The position numbers and the translations under genes were made by a program. A stretch of DNA of 61,179 bases, the filler included. It is 5 parts of 5 records of this genome, joined end to end, with 100 filler letters (N's around TTAATTAATTAA, not from the genome) between each part and the next. Parts side by side here need not be neighbours in the genome. Positions count along the whole stretch, not along the records: positions 19,548 to 45,674 come from DRR378314_18; 4 more parts are not named here. One strand, written 5' to 3'. The first letter of the stretch is position 1. Each line of letters begins with the position of its first letter. The notes under the pieces are model-generated. The model did not search any database, was not told the DNA's origin, and was given only the letters and a program-made list of their open reading frames with translations. Below, piece after piece: positions 30,522 through 40,268 of this stretch.

Positions 30522-31829
30522 GTGCCACGCTCTTTATTTCTGCTTACACCGCTTGCCACTGCTCTGCTTATCAGCTCCTCTGCCTATGCAGATGATCACC
30601 ATCATGGGCACGACCACGCCCATGATCATTCTGGTCATGGTCATGCTCATGAGCACGACGACGATGAACATAGCGACGCTGAAAACAGCATCAACGTTTC
30701 CTTAGTTGTGGAAGGCATCTACCACAATCGTTTTTCAGGAGACGCAAACTCGCCTGCAGGCTTTAGCCATGGGCACGAAAGCGGTCACGATCATGAAGAA
30801 GGACATGACCACGGCGGCCATAGCCATGATCTCGACAATGGATTTAACCTGGGACACTCTGAAGTGGCTATCGAAGGGCAAACCGCCCACTTTGAGGGCA
30901 AGGCCGTTGTTTCGCTAACGGAGGACGATATCACGCTGGAAGAGGCTTTTATTGCGACGCGTACGCTGCCTAACGGGCTGCGCTTACAAGCCGGTAAGTT
31001 TCTTTCTGATATAGGCTACATTAACAGCCGACACCCTCACGCTTGGGATTTTGTTGAGCGCCCACTGGTCAATGAGTATTTGTTTGGAGAGCATGGTCTG
31101 CTCGATACAGGTCTACAGCTAACCTGGTCACCAAACAGCACCTTGACGCTGGGTAGCGAGCTGTTTCAAGGCGAGGGAGAAGGCTTCAGCCGCTTTGATG
31201 AAGGGGGCTATGAGGATCGCGCCAGTGGCCCTCGCGTGGGCACGATTTTCGCTAAATACCGCCCAGATCTCGGTGCGAATAAGCAGCTAACGCTGGGAAC
31301 GTCTGCGGGCATGAACCGTCAGTATGTGCGTGTCGATGACCATGGCCACCATGCCCATACCGCTGAAGGCGACAACTGGTTCGCAGGCTTAGATGCGCGG
31401 TTTAACTACGATGCGGAGCAACCCGGTTATCAGGGCAACTGGCAATTAGGTGCGGAATACTTCTATAGCGAACGTGACCTGCAAGAGCATGTGCAACACC
31501 ATGATCACTTTCATGCACACGACCACTACACTGAGCAACAAGATGGTGCTTACATCGACGCTATTTACGGTATTGCGCCTCGCTGGGAAGTCGGCCTGCG
31601 GGCAGAAGCATTAGGGTTAACCAACAAAGTGATGGGGACCCACCCTACCGCGATCGTCTCAGAAGACACGTCCTGGCGGCAAAGCGCACAGCTCACTTGG
31701 CATGTACGCGATAACATGTTCGTACGCACGCAACTGACCCGCGAAGACTTTGCAGGGCATGATGAGCAGTGGGTGGGAATGGTGCAGTTCAACGCAGCGT
31801 TTGGCAGTCATGCAGGACATAACCACTAA
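30522..31829 (+). CDS. His-rich, probably zinc-regulated outer-membrane beta-barrel protein
   Basis: Signal peptide, several His/Asp/Glu tracts, amphipathic beta-strands, GYINSRHPHAWDFVERP motif, C-terminal GSHAGHNH. Confidence 0.78.
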   Translation: MPRSLFLLTPLATALLISSSAYADDHHHGHDHAHDHSGHGHAHEHDDDEHSDAENSINVSLVVEGIYHNRFSGDANSPAGFSHGHESGHDHEEGHDHGGHSHDLDNGFNLGHSEVAIEGQTAHFEGKAVVSLTEDDITLEEAFIATRTLPNGLRLQAGKFLSDIGYINSRHPHAWDFVERPLVNEYLFGEHGLLDTGLQLTWSPNSTLTLGSELFQGEGEGFSRFDEGGYEDRASGPRVGTIFAKYRPDLGANKQLTLGTSAGMNRQYVRVDDHGHHAHTAEGDNWFAGLDARFNYDAEQPGYQGNWQLGAEYFYSERDLQEHVQHHDHFHAHDHYTEQQDGAYIDAIYGIAPRWEVGLRAEALGLTNKVMGTHPTAIVSEDTSWRQSAQLTWHVRDNMFVRTQLTREDFAGHDEQWVGMVQFNAAFGSHAGHNH

Positions 31830-31846
31830 GTGCGCTAAATCATAGA

Positions 31847-31879
31847 TAAAAAGCCCGTCTCATACTCAAGAGACGGGCC
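31847..31879. terminator. Terminator hairpin between convergent genes
   Basis: aaaaa-gcccgtctc...gagacgggc. Confidence 0.65.
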
Positions 31880-31912
31880 CTCCTCTTAGCCTGCACACCG
31901 CGCAGCCGGCGA

Positions 31913-33175
31913 TCAACCACCAGCCAATGTAAAGCGTGATGCACTGAAAGGGCTAATATCCAACTGGCTATCACGCCCTTGCAGCATGTCAGCTACCAAG
32001 CGCCCCGTCGTGGCACCGAGCGTTAGCCCTAATTGGCCATGACCAAAAGCCATCGCCACGTTTTCAAGCAATGGTGATTTATCAATCACAGGCTTGGTGT
32101 CTGGCAAGAAAGGGCGCCAGCCAGCGCCAAACTCCATACCAGCCGTATTCAACGATGGCAGTATCGTCTTGGCTTTTTCCAAAATGATCTCCGCACGCTT
32201 GAAGTTCGGTTCAGCATGGTTGCCAGCAAACTCAATCGTGCCGCCGATCTGTAGCCCTCGCTCCATAGGAATCAGACCAAAGCCGCCGTCAGCATAAAAA
32301 GTGGCGTGGGTTAAGTCGACACCAGGGTTGGGTAGCAATACCTGATAGCCGCCGACCTTAATCAACGGCACCTTAATGCCTAGTGCTTCAAAAAACGCCG
32401 AGCTGCCGTTGCCTGCGGCGACCACCACCTGCTCGACCGGCAGCCTCTCACCGCTAGCCAGGGTCACACCAACGGCACGCTCTGCCTGGGTCTCAATACG
32501 CGACACACTATCCTGAACAAGCTTGCCGCCCTGCTCTACAAAACTGTGAGCAAGCTCGGTTAGGAAGGTTTCGGTATCGCACACCGTGCGCCAATCTGAC
32601 AACAACAAGCCGTGAGAAAAGCGTCCCGCTAACGCCGGCTCCATAGCGGCAATCTGTTCGGCATTTAGCGTTTCGGAAACAAACCCTAGCGCGCGACGTA
32701 GCTCTACATAAGTTTGCTCATGAGCCAGCCCAGCCGCATCGTCAAACAGTTCAAGGGTTGGTTGGTGACCAATCAGATCGTCACGACGGCACTGCGCAAG
32801 CAGGGGCTCATAATCCTGGAAGGCACAGCGCGTTAAGGTCGCTAGCTCATGGGCGATAGTGTCGATGCGCGAACGCCGCGCGTGGGTGATAAAGCGCAGC
32901 ATCCAGGGTAATAGCCCTGGTAATGCTGATGGCCGCAGCGCCAGCGGCCCTTTTTGATCCAACAGCCACCCAGGCACTTTTTTGATAATACCAGGCTTGG
33001 ACTGAGGAATAATTTCGCTAACCGCAATCTGCCCGCAGCTCCACTTAGCGGTACTATCGCCAGACATAGCGGGCTCTACGAGCGTTACGTCGAGCCCCTC
33101 CTTTTGCAGATATAACGCGCAACAAATACCAACGATTCCACCACCAATGACCACGGTTGGATGCGTTGTAGTCAT
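31913..33175 (-). CDS. FAD-dependent D-amino-acid dehydrogenase/oxidase family protein
   Basis: VIGGGIVG Rossmann motif, GWRPFLPDTKPVI and FGHGQLGLTLG; start MTTTHP with AGGAGG RBS. Confidence 0.88.
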   Translation of the reverse strand: MTTTHPTVVIGGGIVGICCALYLQKEGLDVTLVEPAMSGDSTAKWSCGQIAVSEIIPQSKPGIIKKVPGWLLDQKGPLALRPSALPGLLPWMLRFITHARRSRIDTIAHELATLTRCAFQDYEPLLAQCRRDDLIGHQPTLELFDDAAGLAHEQTYVELRRALGFVSETLNAEQIAAMEPALAGRFSHGLLLSDWRTVCDTETFLTELAHSFVEQGGKLVQDSVSRIETQAERAVGVTLASGERLPVEQVVVAAGNGSSAFFEALGIKVPLIKVGGYQVLLPNPGVDLTHATFYADGGFGLIPMERGLQIGGTIEFAGNHAEPNFKRAEIILEKAKTILPSLNTAGMEFGAGWRPFLPDTKPVIDKSPLLENVAMAFGHGQLGLTLGATTGRLVADMLQGRDSQLDISPFSASRFTLAGG

Positions 33176-33334
33176 TATTATCCTCCTGGTTTTATTCAGG
33201 CGTGCTTGCAAGCAAACCCAAGTCGCAGCGATTCAGTTGTCGGCAAAAAACGCCTAGCTCAAAAGACAAACACCCCGCCTTTCGCAAGCCGGGGTGCTGT
33301 CTTATCGGTTAAAACACGTAACGACTAGCGACGA

Positions 33335-34867
33335 TCAACTCGAGCTAGGAGCTGGCGTCGGGCTAGTAACGGCTGCGTCAGCAGCAGCGCCCAATGCTTC
33401 GGTAGAGGCAATCGCTTCCCCCTGTTTTTCCCACAGGGCACGTTCTGCATCGGTTGCCTTGGGCGAGAACAAGCCCATCTGTGCGTAAAGAATACCGATT
33501 AAGGGCGATAACCAGCAGGCAAAGGCCAGCGGAATATACAACAGGTTCTCGACGTTACCTTCGCCAATACCTAGCCCTAATACGCTAATGACGAAGGCAC
33601 CACCTGCGTTCCATGGAATGAGCGGCGACATCAACGTTCCACCTTCCTCAACACCACGCGATAGGTTTAGGGTTGAGTAGCCCAGGCCACGATAAGTCGG
33701 CGCGTACATACGCCCCGGTAGCGCAACAGATAGGTAGGGGTCGCCTGCCACCAGGTTAGTTGCAAAGGAGGTAGCAATTGCCGAGGTTTGAACGCCTTTG
33801 AACGAGCGCACCTTGGACATAATGGCCTTGATGATGGTCTCCAGGCAGCCCGTTTTCTCCAACGCACCGCCAAAGGCCAAGGCAATCAGGATCAACGAGA
33901 TGGTCCACATCATTGACTGAATGCCGCCACGGTTTAACAGGCTGTCCATGGCTTCCACGCCGGTTTCAATGGAGTAACCATAGTTAGCGTAAGTAACGAT
34001 ATCGTGCAGACCTACTCCCTGAACCGCCATGGCGGTTACCGCGCCTGCCATTACACCAGCAAACAGGGAGGGAATCGGCGGCATTTTCTTGATGGCTAGA
34101 CCAATAACCAGCACCGCTGGCAACAGCAGCCAGATAGAAATAGTAAAGTGTTCGTCTAGTGACGCAGTGATGGCATCAATGCGCTCAAAAGATGCCGCTT
34201 GATCATCAATCATGGTGAAGCCCACCACCAGATAGATGGCTAACGCGATCAGCATGGCCGGAAGCGTCGTTGGCATCATGTTTTTGATATGCGAGAACAC
34301 ATCGTTGCCGGTAACCGCCGCCGCCAGGTTGGTGGTGTCGGAAAGCGGTGAGACTTTGTCGCCAAAAAAGGCGCCAGAAACAACCGCACCAGCGGTCCAG
34401 TAAATCGGAATTTCAAACCCAGCGCCGATACCAACAAGCGCTAAACCTACCGTACCAACGGTTCCCCAGGAGGTCCCCAAAGAAACGGACACCACCGCAC
34501 AGATCAGCATCGCCGCGGCAAGGAAGAAAGCCGGAGACAACAGAAGAAGGCCGTAATAGATCAGACTGGGCACGGTACCGCTGGCAATCCAGACGCCAAT
34601 AATCATGCCCACTAAGATCAACACCGAAACCGAAGGCAAAGACACGTTGATAACGTGAAACGCCCCATCTTCAATCCGCTTCCAGCGGAAGCCAAGTTTG
34701 ATACCCACTAGTGAGGTTATCGCCAGGCCGATGGCCAGAGGGATATGTGGTGTAAAATCACCAAAATAGAAAATTTGTACCCCGATGGCGATTAGTGTCA
34801 GCACAACGGGCACAAGGGCAAGCCCGAGACTGGGTTTTTGACGGACCCTTTTTGGTTTATCTTCCAT
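33335..34867 (-). CDS. nhaC: NhaC family transporter
   Basis: GTSWGTVGTVG, SGAFFGDKVSPLSDTTNLA and PLIPWN motifs. Confidence 0.92.
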   Translation of the reverse strand: MEDKPKRVRQKPSLGLALVPVVLTLIAIGVQIFYFGDFTPHIPLAIGLAITSLVGIKLGFRWKRIEDGAFHVINVSLPSVSVLILVGMIIGVWIASGTVPSLIYYGLLLLSPAFFLAAAMLICAVVSVSLGTSWGTVGTVGLALVGIGAGFEIPIYWTAGAVVSGAFFGDKVSPLSDTTNLAAAVTGNDVFSHIKNMMPTTLPAMLIALAIYLVVGFTMIDDQAASFERIDAITASLDEHFTISIWLLLPAVLVIGLAIKKMPPIPSLFAGVMAGAVTAMAVQGVGLHDIVTYANYGYSIETGVEAMDSLLNRGGIQSMMWTISLILIALAFGGALEKTGCLETIIKAIMSKVRSFKGVQTSAIATSFATNLVAGDPYLSVALPGRMYAPTYRGLGYSTLNLSRGVEEGGTLMSPLIPWNAGGAFVISVLGLGIGEGNVENLLYIPLAFACWLSPLIGILYAQMGLFSPKATDAERALWEKQGEAIASTEALGAAADAAVTSPTPAPSSS

Positions 34868-35351
34868 CTTATAGACCTCGTTATTATTGAGTTTTTAATA
34901 GGTTTATCAGCAGCGATGTTTTTCGTTCAGCAGGAGTTTTTGAGATTTATCATCTAAGGCGTTAGCAATAGACATGCTTTCTATGAGGTATACTGCCCTT
35001 TCATCTATACCAGCTAATTAAGCACAATGCGTCATCGCACTTTCAACACTTCAACAGCATTGCGATCACATCACTGTTACAAAAGAATACGAGGGTAACG
35101 ATGACTTAACGTGTCTATTCCTCGGCTTTTCGTGCTGCTTCCAGGGGAAATACACATGGGACAGCAAATAGTGCTGCTGAACTAAGTGCGTTAAAGAACT
35201 ATTCAAATTTATCTATAAAACCTACCAAAACAGAAAAATAAACTAAAAAACGCCAGCTCTATAAGCAAGAAGCTTGCGTTAAATTTCAATTAAACAATAA
35301 GTTATTCCAATAACAGGGGCGTCAAATTGAGGCGATAGCCCAACCTATTTG

Positions 35352-36299
35352 TTAGTTAACTAAGTACTCCAATAGCCTATGGTAAAGAGGGATCCCAAGC
35401 ATCACGTTGAGAGGAAAAGTAATGCCGAGTGACGCTAGCATCGCAAGCCCAATGTTCGCTTGAGGGATAGCTGCACGCATTGCAGCCGGCGCCGCTATAT
35501 AGGAGGCACTAGCAGCCAGTGCGGCAAGAATCACCACAGAGCCCACTGGCAAACCAACTAGCGTACCTACCAGAATCCCCAGCAGTGACAGCAGCAATGG
35601 CGTGACCAGTGCAAAGGTCACTAAGCGCCAATGATGCCACGGCATTGGGCGCAGCGTTTGCGCGGCGGTTAATCCCATTTCTAGCAGGAACAACGCCAGC
35701 ACGCCCTTGAAAGCCCCAGTAAACAGTGCGGTGACTTCCTCTCCTTGAAATGGCCCGTATAGCGTGCCGATCACGACCCCACCCGCTAACAGGATAACGC
35801 CACGATTGGTTAAAGTTTCATGCCATAACTTGCTGGTGCTCTCTTTAACAGCGGCGCCTTGATAGCGTCTAAACAGGGCAATCGCCACCATAATCGCGGG
35901 TAGCTCCATAGCAACCAAATAGAGCGTTACTTCACTACCCACCGCTAACTGACGTGCTTCTGCATACGCCAGAGCGACCGCAAACGTACCCGCACTGACC
36001 GAGCCATAGTGAGCAGCAATGCTAGCGCTATCGGCGGCGGAAAGACGCACCCAGCGGCGCAACACTGGCATCAGCATCAGCGGTATAAACGCTGACAACA
36101 GCGCTACACCGGTAAGTTCTGGCATCAACCCCCAATGGATATTGCCATGCAGCGCCATTCCCCCCTTTAAGCCAATGGTGAGCATTAGTAACAGGCTTAG
36201 GGTGTCGTAAGTAGCTTTAGGTACCTGAAGATCCGACTTCACCGCTCCGGCGACTAGCCCCAATAAAAAAAACATCACCACAATATCTGGCATCACCAC
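35352..36299 (-). CDS. Sodium-dependent bicarbonate transport family permease (SbtA-like, DUF897)
   Basis: IGLKGG, AAHYGSVSAGTF, FLLEMG, SASYIAAPAA and GITFPLN motifs. Confidence 0.9.
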   Translation of the reverse strand: MVMPDIVVMFFLLGLVAGAVKSDLQVPKATYDTLSLLLMLTIGLKGGMALHGNIHWGLMPELTGVALLSAFIPLMLMPVLRRWVRLSAADSASIAAHYGSVSAGTFAVALAYAEARQLAVGSEVTLYLVAMELPAIMVAIALFRRYQGAAVKESTSKLWHETLTNRGVILLAGGVVIGTLYGPFQGEEVTALFTGAFKGVLALFLLEMGLTAAQTLRPMPWHHWRLVTFALVTPLLLSLLGILVGTLVGLPVGSVVILAALAASASYIAAPAAMRAAIPQANIGLAMLASLGITFPLNVMLGIPLYHRLLEYLVN

Positions 36300-36374
36300 T
36301 GCTCCCTAGGGTCAAAAGAGACTGCATTTTGCGAGCGATGACACTAGATAACTAATAATATATTAAAAGAAAAT

Positions 36375-36392
36375 CATAGATAATTATCTATG
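36375..36392. promoter_or_regulatory. Perfect 18-bp palindrome upstream of the sbtA-like gene (candidate operator)
   Basis: catagataa/ttatctatg in an AT-rich promoter region. Confidence 0.5.
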
Positions 36393-36420
36393 CAGCTATC
36401 ATCACCCTATCGCGACTCAT

Positions 36421-36463
36421 TAATAAGCAGTGGTGATAGTTAATAGGCAGTGATGGTAGTTAA
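36421..36463. repeat. Imperfect tandem repeat, 2 x 20 bp
   Basis: taataagcagtggtgatagt / taataggcagtgatggtagt / taa. Confidence 0.75.
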
Positions 36464-36500
36464 ACTAAGGACATGAAAGAGTCACTAGGCGCGATGCCTG

Positions 36501-36530
36501 AAAGCCCCCGCCCTGAGCAATCAGGGCGGG
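36501..36530 (-). terminator. Terminator after ggt
   Basis: cccgccctga-gcaa-tcagggcggg hairpin. Confidence 0.7.
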
Positions 36531-36552
36531 ATGGTAAGAGCCTAACGTAACG

Positions 36553-38292
36553 TTAAAGGCCAATAGCAGATGAGGTGGAGCGGCGAGGATCGGCGCCACC
36601 AAAGAACATTCCATCTTTGATCATGATTGACTGAGCAGCGCCCATGGCTGACTGCTGACTGACCGTGTGGCCACGCTCTTCAAGCAAGTTAAGTGTATCT
36701 GGACTAAAGCCTGCCTCAACGCGAATCTCATCAGGCAGCCACTGGTGGTGCATGCGTGGTGCGCTAACCGCTGATTGGATATTCATATCATGATCAATCA
36801 CGTTCATTAACACCTGCAGCGTTGTGGTGATAATACGTGAACCGCCGGGGCTGCCAGTCACCAGGAAGTTTTTGCCGTCTTGTTTGACGATAGTGGGCGT
36901 CATAGACGAAAGCATTCGTTTGCCTGGCTCGACCTTATTGGCTTCGCCTCCAATCAATCCATAGGCATTGGGCACGCCGGGCTTGGCTGAGAAATCATCC
37001 ATTTCGTTGTTGAGCAAGAAGCCCGCGCCATCCACCACGATTCCAGAACCATAACTGAAGTTGATGGTGTACGTGTTTGAAACTGCCAGACCACCGTCAT
37101 CTACAATGGAAAAGTGAGTGGTTTCATTGGATTCGTAGTCGTTCGGATTGCCAGGCGCAATGTCTGCACTAGGAGTAGCTTGGTCACCAATCTGGCTACG
37201 CAGTTCGGCGGCATACTCCTTTGAGGTGATACCGGCCAGAGGCACATCGACAAAGTCAGTATCGCCCAGGAACTCCGAGCGGTCAGCGTAAGCACGCTTC
37301 ATGGCTTCAGCCATTAGGTGCATGCTTTCAGCAGAGCCGAAGCCAAGTTCACCAATGGGGTATTCTTCGAGAATATTCAGCATCTGCACAATATGAGCAC
37401 CACCAGAAGAAGGAGGACTCATGGCGTAAATATCGTAGCCGCGATAAGTACCGTGACTGGGTTCACGGATGATGGGAGCGTAACTCGCCATGTCTTCCAT
37501 GGTAATCAGCCCATCGTGACGCTCCATTTCGGCAACAATCAGCTCCGCCGTTTCTCCTTCGTAAAACTCGCGAGCCCCTTGTTCAGCAATGCGCCTGAGT
37601 GTCGCGGCTAGATCAGGTTGCTTGAAAATATCGCCGACCTCGTAGGCACTACCATCCTCCTTGAAGAACGTGGCCATGCTCGCATCCCAGGGCTCAAAGC
37701 GTTCTTTGGCCTCTTGTAACCCTTGAACAAAGCGCGGTGGCACCGCGAAGCCATCTTCAGCAAGACGAATGGCGGGCTCCAACGCTTCAGCAAGACTTAA
37801 CGTGCCATACTCTTCCAGGGCCAGTGCTAGCCCCGCAACGGTGCCAGGAACGCCAGCGGCCAAGTGAGTAAAGCGGGAACGCTCGGTCACTGCATCGCCA
37901 TTTTCATCTTGGAACATAGCTTCAAAGGCAGCTGAAGGGGCCATCTCGCGGTAGTCGATGGCAATGACTTCATCGCTTGTTTCATCCGAGATCAGCATAA
38001 AACCACCGCCACCGATATTACCGGAACGGGGCTGAGTCACCGCTAGCGCAAAGCCGGCCACTACGGCAGCATCAACGGCGTTGCCTCCTTCAGCAAGCAC
38101 ATCACGGGCAACCTCTGAGGCAAGAAAGTGGCTGGTAGCGACCATGCCATGGCTACTCTCTTGAGGGTGAAAACGCTCACCTTCCAAGATCGCTTGCTGA
38201 GAGAATGCCTGTGGAGAGACTAACAACCCGCCGATACATAAACTGGCCGTCAGCGTTTTAAGCGGACGCGAAGTTAAAAAGGGGATCATCAT
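36553..38292 (-). CDS. ggt: Gamma-glutamyltranspeptidase
   Basis: GGNAVDAAV, IDYREMAP, cleavage site ETTHFS, NNEMDDF, LSSMTP and GSPGGSRI motifs. Confidence 0.96.
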   Translation of the reverse strand: MMIPFLTSRPLKTLTASLCIGGLLVSPQAFSQQAILEGERFHPQESSHGMVATSHFLASEVARDVLAEGGNAVDAAVVAGFALAVTQPRSGNIGGGGFMLISDETSDEVIAIDYREMAPSAAFEAMFQDENGDAVTERSRFTHLAAGVPGTVAGLALALEEYGTLSLAEALEPAIRLAEDGFAVPPRFVQGLQEAKERFEPWDASMATFFKEDGSAYEVGDIFKQPDLAATLRRIAEQGAREFYEGETAELIVAEMERHDGLITMEDMASYAPIIREPSHGTYRGYDIYAMSPPSSGGAHIVQMLNILEEYPIGELGFGSAESMHLMAEAMKRAYADRSEFLGDTDFVDVPLAGITSKEYAAELRSQIGDQATPSADIAPGNPNDYESNETTHFSIVDDGGLAVSNTYTINFSYGSGIVVDGAGFLLNNEMDDFSAKPGVPNAYGLIGGEANKVEPGKRMLSSMTPTIVKQDGKNFLVTGSPGGSRIITTTLQVLMNVIDHDMNIQSAVSAPRMHHQWLPDEIRVEAGFSPDTLNLLEERGHTVSQQSAMGAAQSIMIKDGMFFGGADPRRSTSSAIGL

Positions 38293-38573
38293 AGGTGGAA
38301 TTCCTTATAGTTATTAGCTTAAATATATTTAGAATATAACAACATGCTTTTCTTCAACGCTATTCAAAGCCATGTTCTTGGCCTTGAGGAGCAACCCAAC
38401 GTGCGCCACCTTAGTGTAATGTGGTTTAAACTCTTTTGTCTTCACCTGTCCATTAACGGCAAGGAATAGCCTAGCTTTTCGATGATGGCTTGCCAGGTAT
38501 TCGTTGATAAAGCTGATCTACACCACTACCCAATAATGATGCATTAAGAGACGCCCCAGGAGTTGCGGTTGCT

Positions 38574-39542
38574 ATGAATATTCGCCATCTGACCTTTAGG
38601 TTGCTCCAGGTATACGTAACCGTCGTTAGATGTGGCTCCATCAGCGAAGCCGCAAGACAGCTTCACCTTACCCAGCCAACCGTGTCACAGCAGTTGAAAC
38701 GCCTCAGGGAAGCGGTAGGCAGCCCGTTGTTAGAACAGCATGCCCAGCGACTGACGATGACCGCCACAGGGCAAGCGCTTTATCAGGCAAGTCGGGATGT
38801 GTTGGGGCGCTTTGATGACTTTGCGGACCAGCTCAGTGATTTACAGTATGGCAGTAAGGGGCGATTTAGCATTGCCCTCGTGAACACTGCTCAGTACGTC
38901 TTACCACGCCTCTTAGGACCTTTTAGTCAGGCGTTCCCTGATGTCGATGTCACCGTTCATATCGGTAATCGTCGACAGGTATTGGCGCGCTTTGAGCGCC
39001 AGGAAGATGACCTTTACGTCTTTAGCCATCCGCCCGCGCTTGCTCACGCGGTCGCGTCACGCTTTATGCGCAACCCTTTAGTTGCCATTGCCGCCGCCGA
39101 CCACTCTCTGGCTCAACAGAAAGCCGTGACGATGGAGCAGCTACTAAGTGAGCGCTTACTGCTACGTGAGCCAGGCTCTGCCACACGTATGCTATTAGAC
39201 AGCTGGCTGCAAGAGCACGGACTGACCATGCAAAAAACATTACAGATGGCCAGCAACGAGGCCATACGAGTAAGCGTGGCCGCCAATATGGGCGTTGCAG
39301 TGTTATCTGAACACGTTTTGCCTAATGAGCATCCTGACCTCGTGGTGTTACCCGTTCAGGGGCTACCTATTGAGAGCCACTGGCAATTTATCGTGCGTAA
39401 TGATCAGCGCCTTCCACAGTCAGCACAACGCTTTCTTCACTACGCTCACGAGCACCTGACACAGTGGATTGAACCGCGCTTTGTATGCAATGAACTAGAC
39501 ACCCTGCTGAATGCCTACCCGACGTTTCCCTTGCGTGGCTAG
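38574..39542 (+). CDS. LysR family regulator, CbbR/CmpR-like
   Basis: HTH LHLTQPTVSQQLK; NTAQY..PRLLG, REPGSATR and SNEAIR motifs typical of the CbbR/CmpR subfamily. Confidence 0.88.
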   Translation: MNIRHLTFRLLQVYVTVVRCGSISEAARQLHLTQPTVSQQLKRLREAVGSPLLEQHAQRLTMTATGQALYQASRDVLGRFDDFADQLSDLQYGSKGRFSIALVNTAQYVLPRLLGPFSQAFPDVDVTVHIGNRRQVLARFERQEDDLYVFSHPPALAHAVASRFMRNPLVAIAAADHSLAQQKAVTMEQLLSERLLLREPGSATRMLLDSWLQEHGLTMQKTLQMASNEAIRVSVAANMGVAVLSEHVLPNEHPDLVVLPVQGLPIESHWQFIVRNDQRLPQSAQRFLHYAHEHLTQWIEPRFVCNELDTLLNAYPTFPLRG

Positions 39543-39677
39543 GGCTTCGATTAATTAACTTGCAGACGCAGCAACGCCCGTTAATGCTTAAAAGTTAGAT
39601 GACGTTTCTCACAATGCGTTGCTGAGTGGCTCCCTACTACCTTGCAGTCAACATAACTATTTTCGAAGGAATTCGCT

Positions 39678-40226
39678 GTGCAAATTGCCACCCTCGGCCC
39701 TAGCGGCAACAATCATGAATTAATTGCTCTGCGCTATTTAGCAAAGCATGCTCAGCCATCCACCAACCTGCATCTTTTCGAACAGTTTGAAGAGGCGTTT
39801 GAAGCGCTGATTGAAGGGCAAGTAAGCCACCTGCTCCAGTGCACTGCTCACTTTGCCCACAGCGATTGTGTAGGCCGCTATATGCACCGCGCCTACCCGG
39901 TCGATGCTTTTATTGCAGGCAGCAAGCCTTTAGCATTAGTTGCTCAACGCGGCATAGCCACCCCTCACCATGTGGCTATTCAGCCAGCTACCCGCCATTA
40001 CACAGATTTAAGCAGCTTTGGCGATATTATCGAAGCGCCCACGACGATTGCCGTGGCTGAAGGCTTGCTAGCGGGTACCTTTGAGGCCGGGATTTGTGCT
40101 GAAGAGGTCATGAGTCAAGCGCCTGAGCAACTTAAGCTGGTGGCGTCGCTGGGGCCTGCACTAGATACCTGGGTGGTGTATGCCACCACCCCGTTACCGT
40201 CCACGTCACCGCTGCTTTTAAGCTAG
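39678..40226 (+). CDS. Stand-alone prephenate dehydratase/BacA-like domain protein
   Basis: N-terminal IATLGPSG..HE and LF..FEEAFEAL..G motifs; 182 aa; no ACT domain. Confidence 0.6.
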   Translation: MQIATLGPSGNNHELIALRYLAKHAQPSTNLHLFEQFEEAFEALIEGQVSHLLQCTAHFAHSDCVGRYMHRAYPVDAFIAGSKPLALVAQRGIATPHHVAIQPATRHYTDLSSFGDIIEAPTTIAVAEGLLAGTFEAGICAEEVMSQAPEQLKLVASLGPALDTWVVYATTPLPSTSPLLLS

Positions 40227-40268
40227 CGACCTTTTAACCAAGTGCTGTTTGCTATTAAGCAAATACCC

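Noticed and set aside
34964..34980. Sigma-54-like promoter upstream of nhaC (AAGCAT-N5-TTGC on the minus strand)
   Set aside because: Lacks the essential GG at -24.
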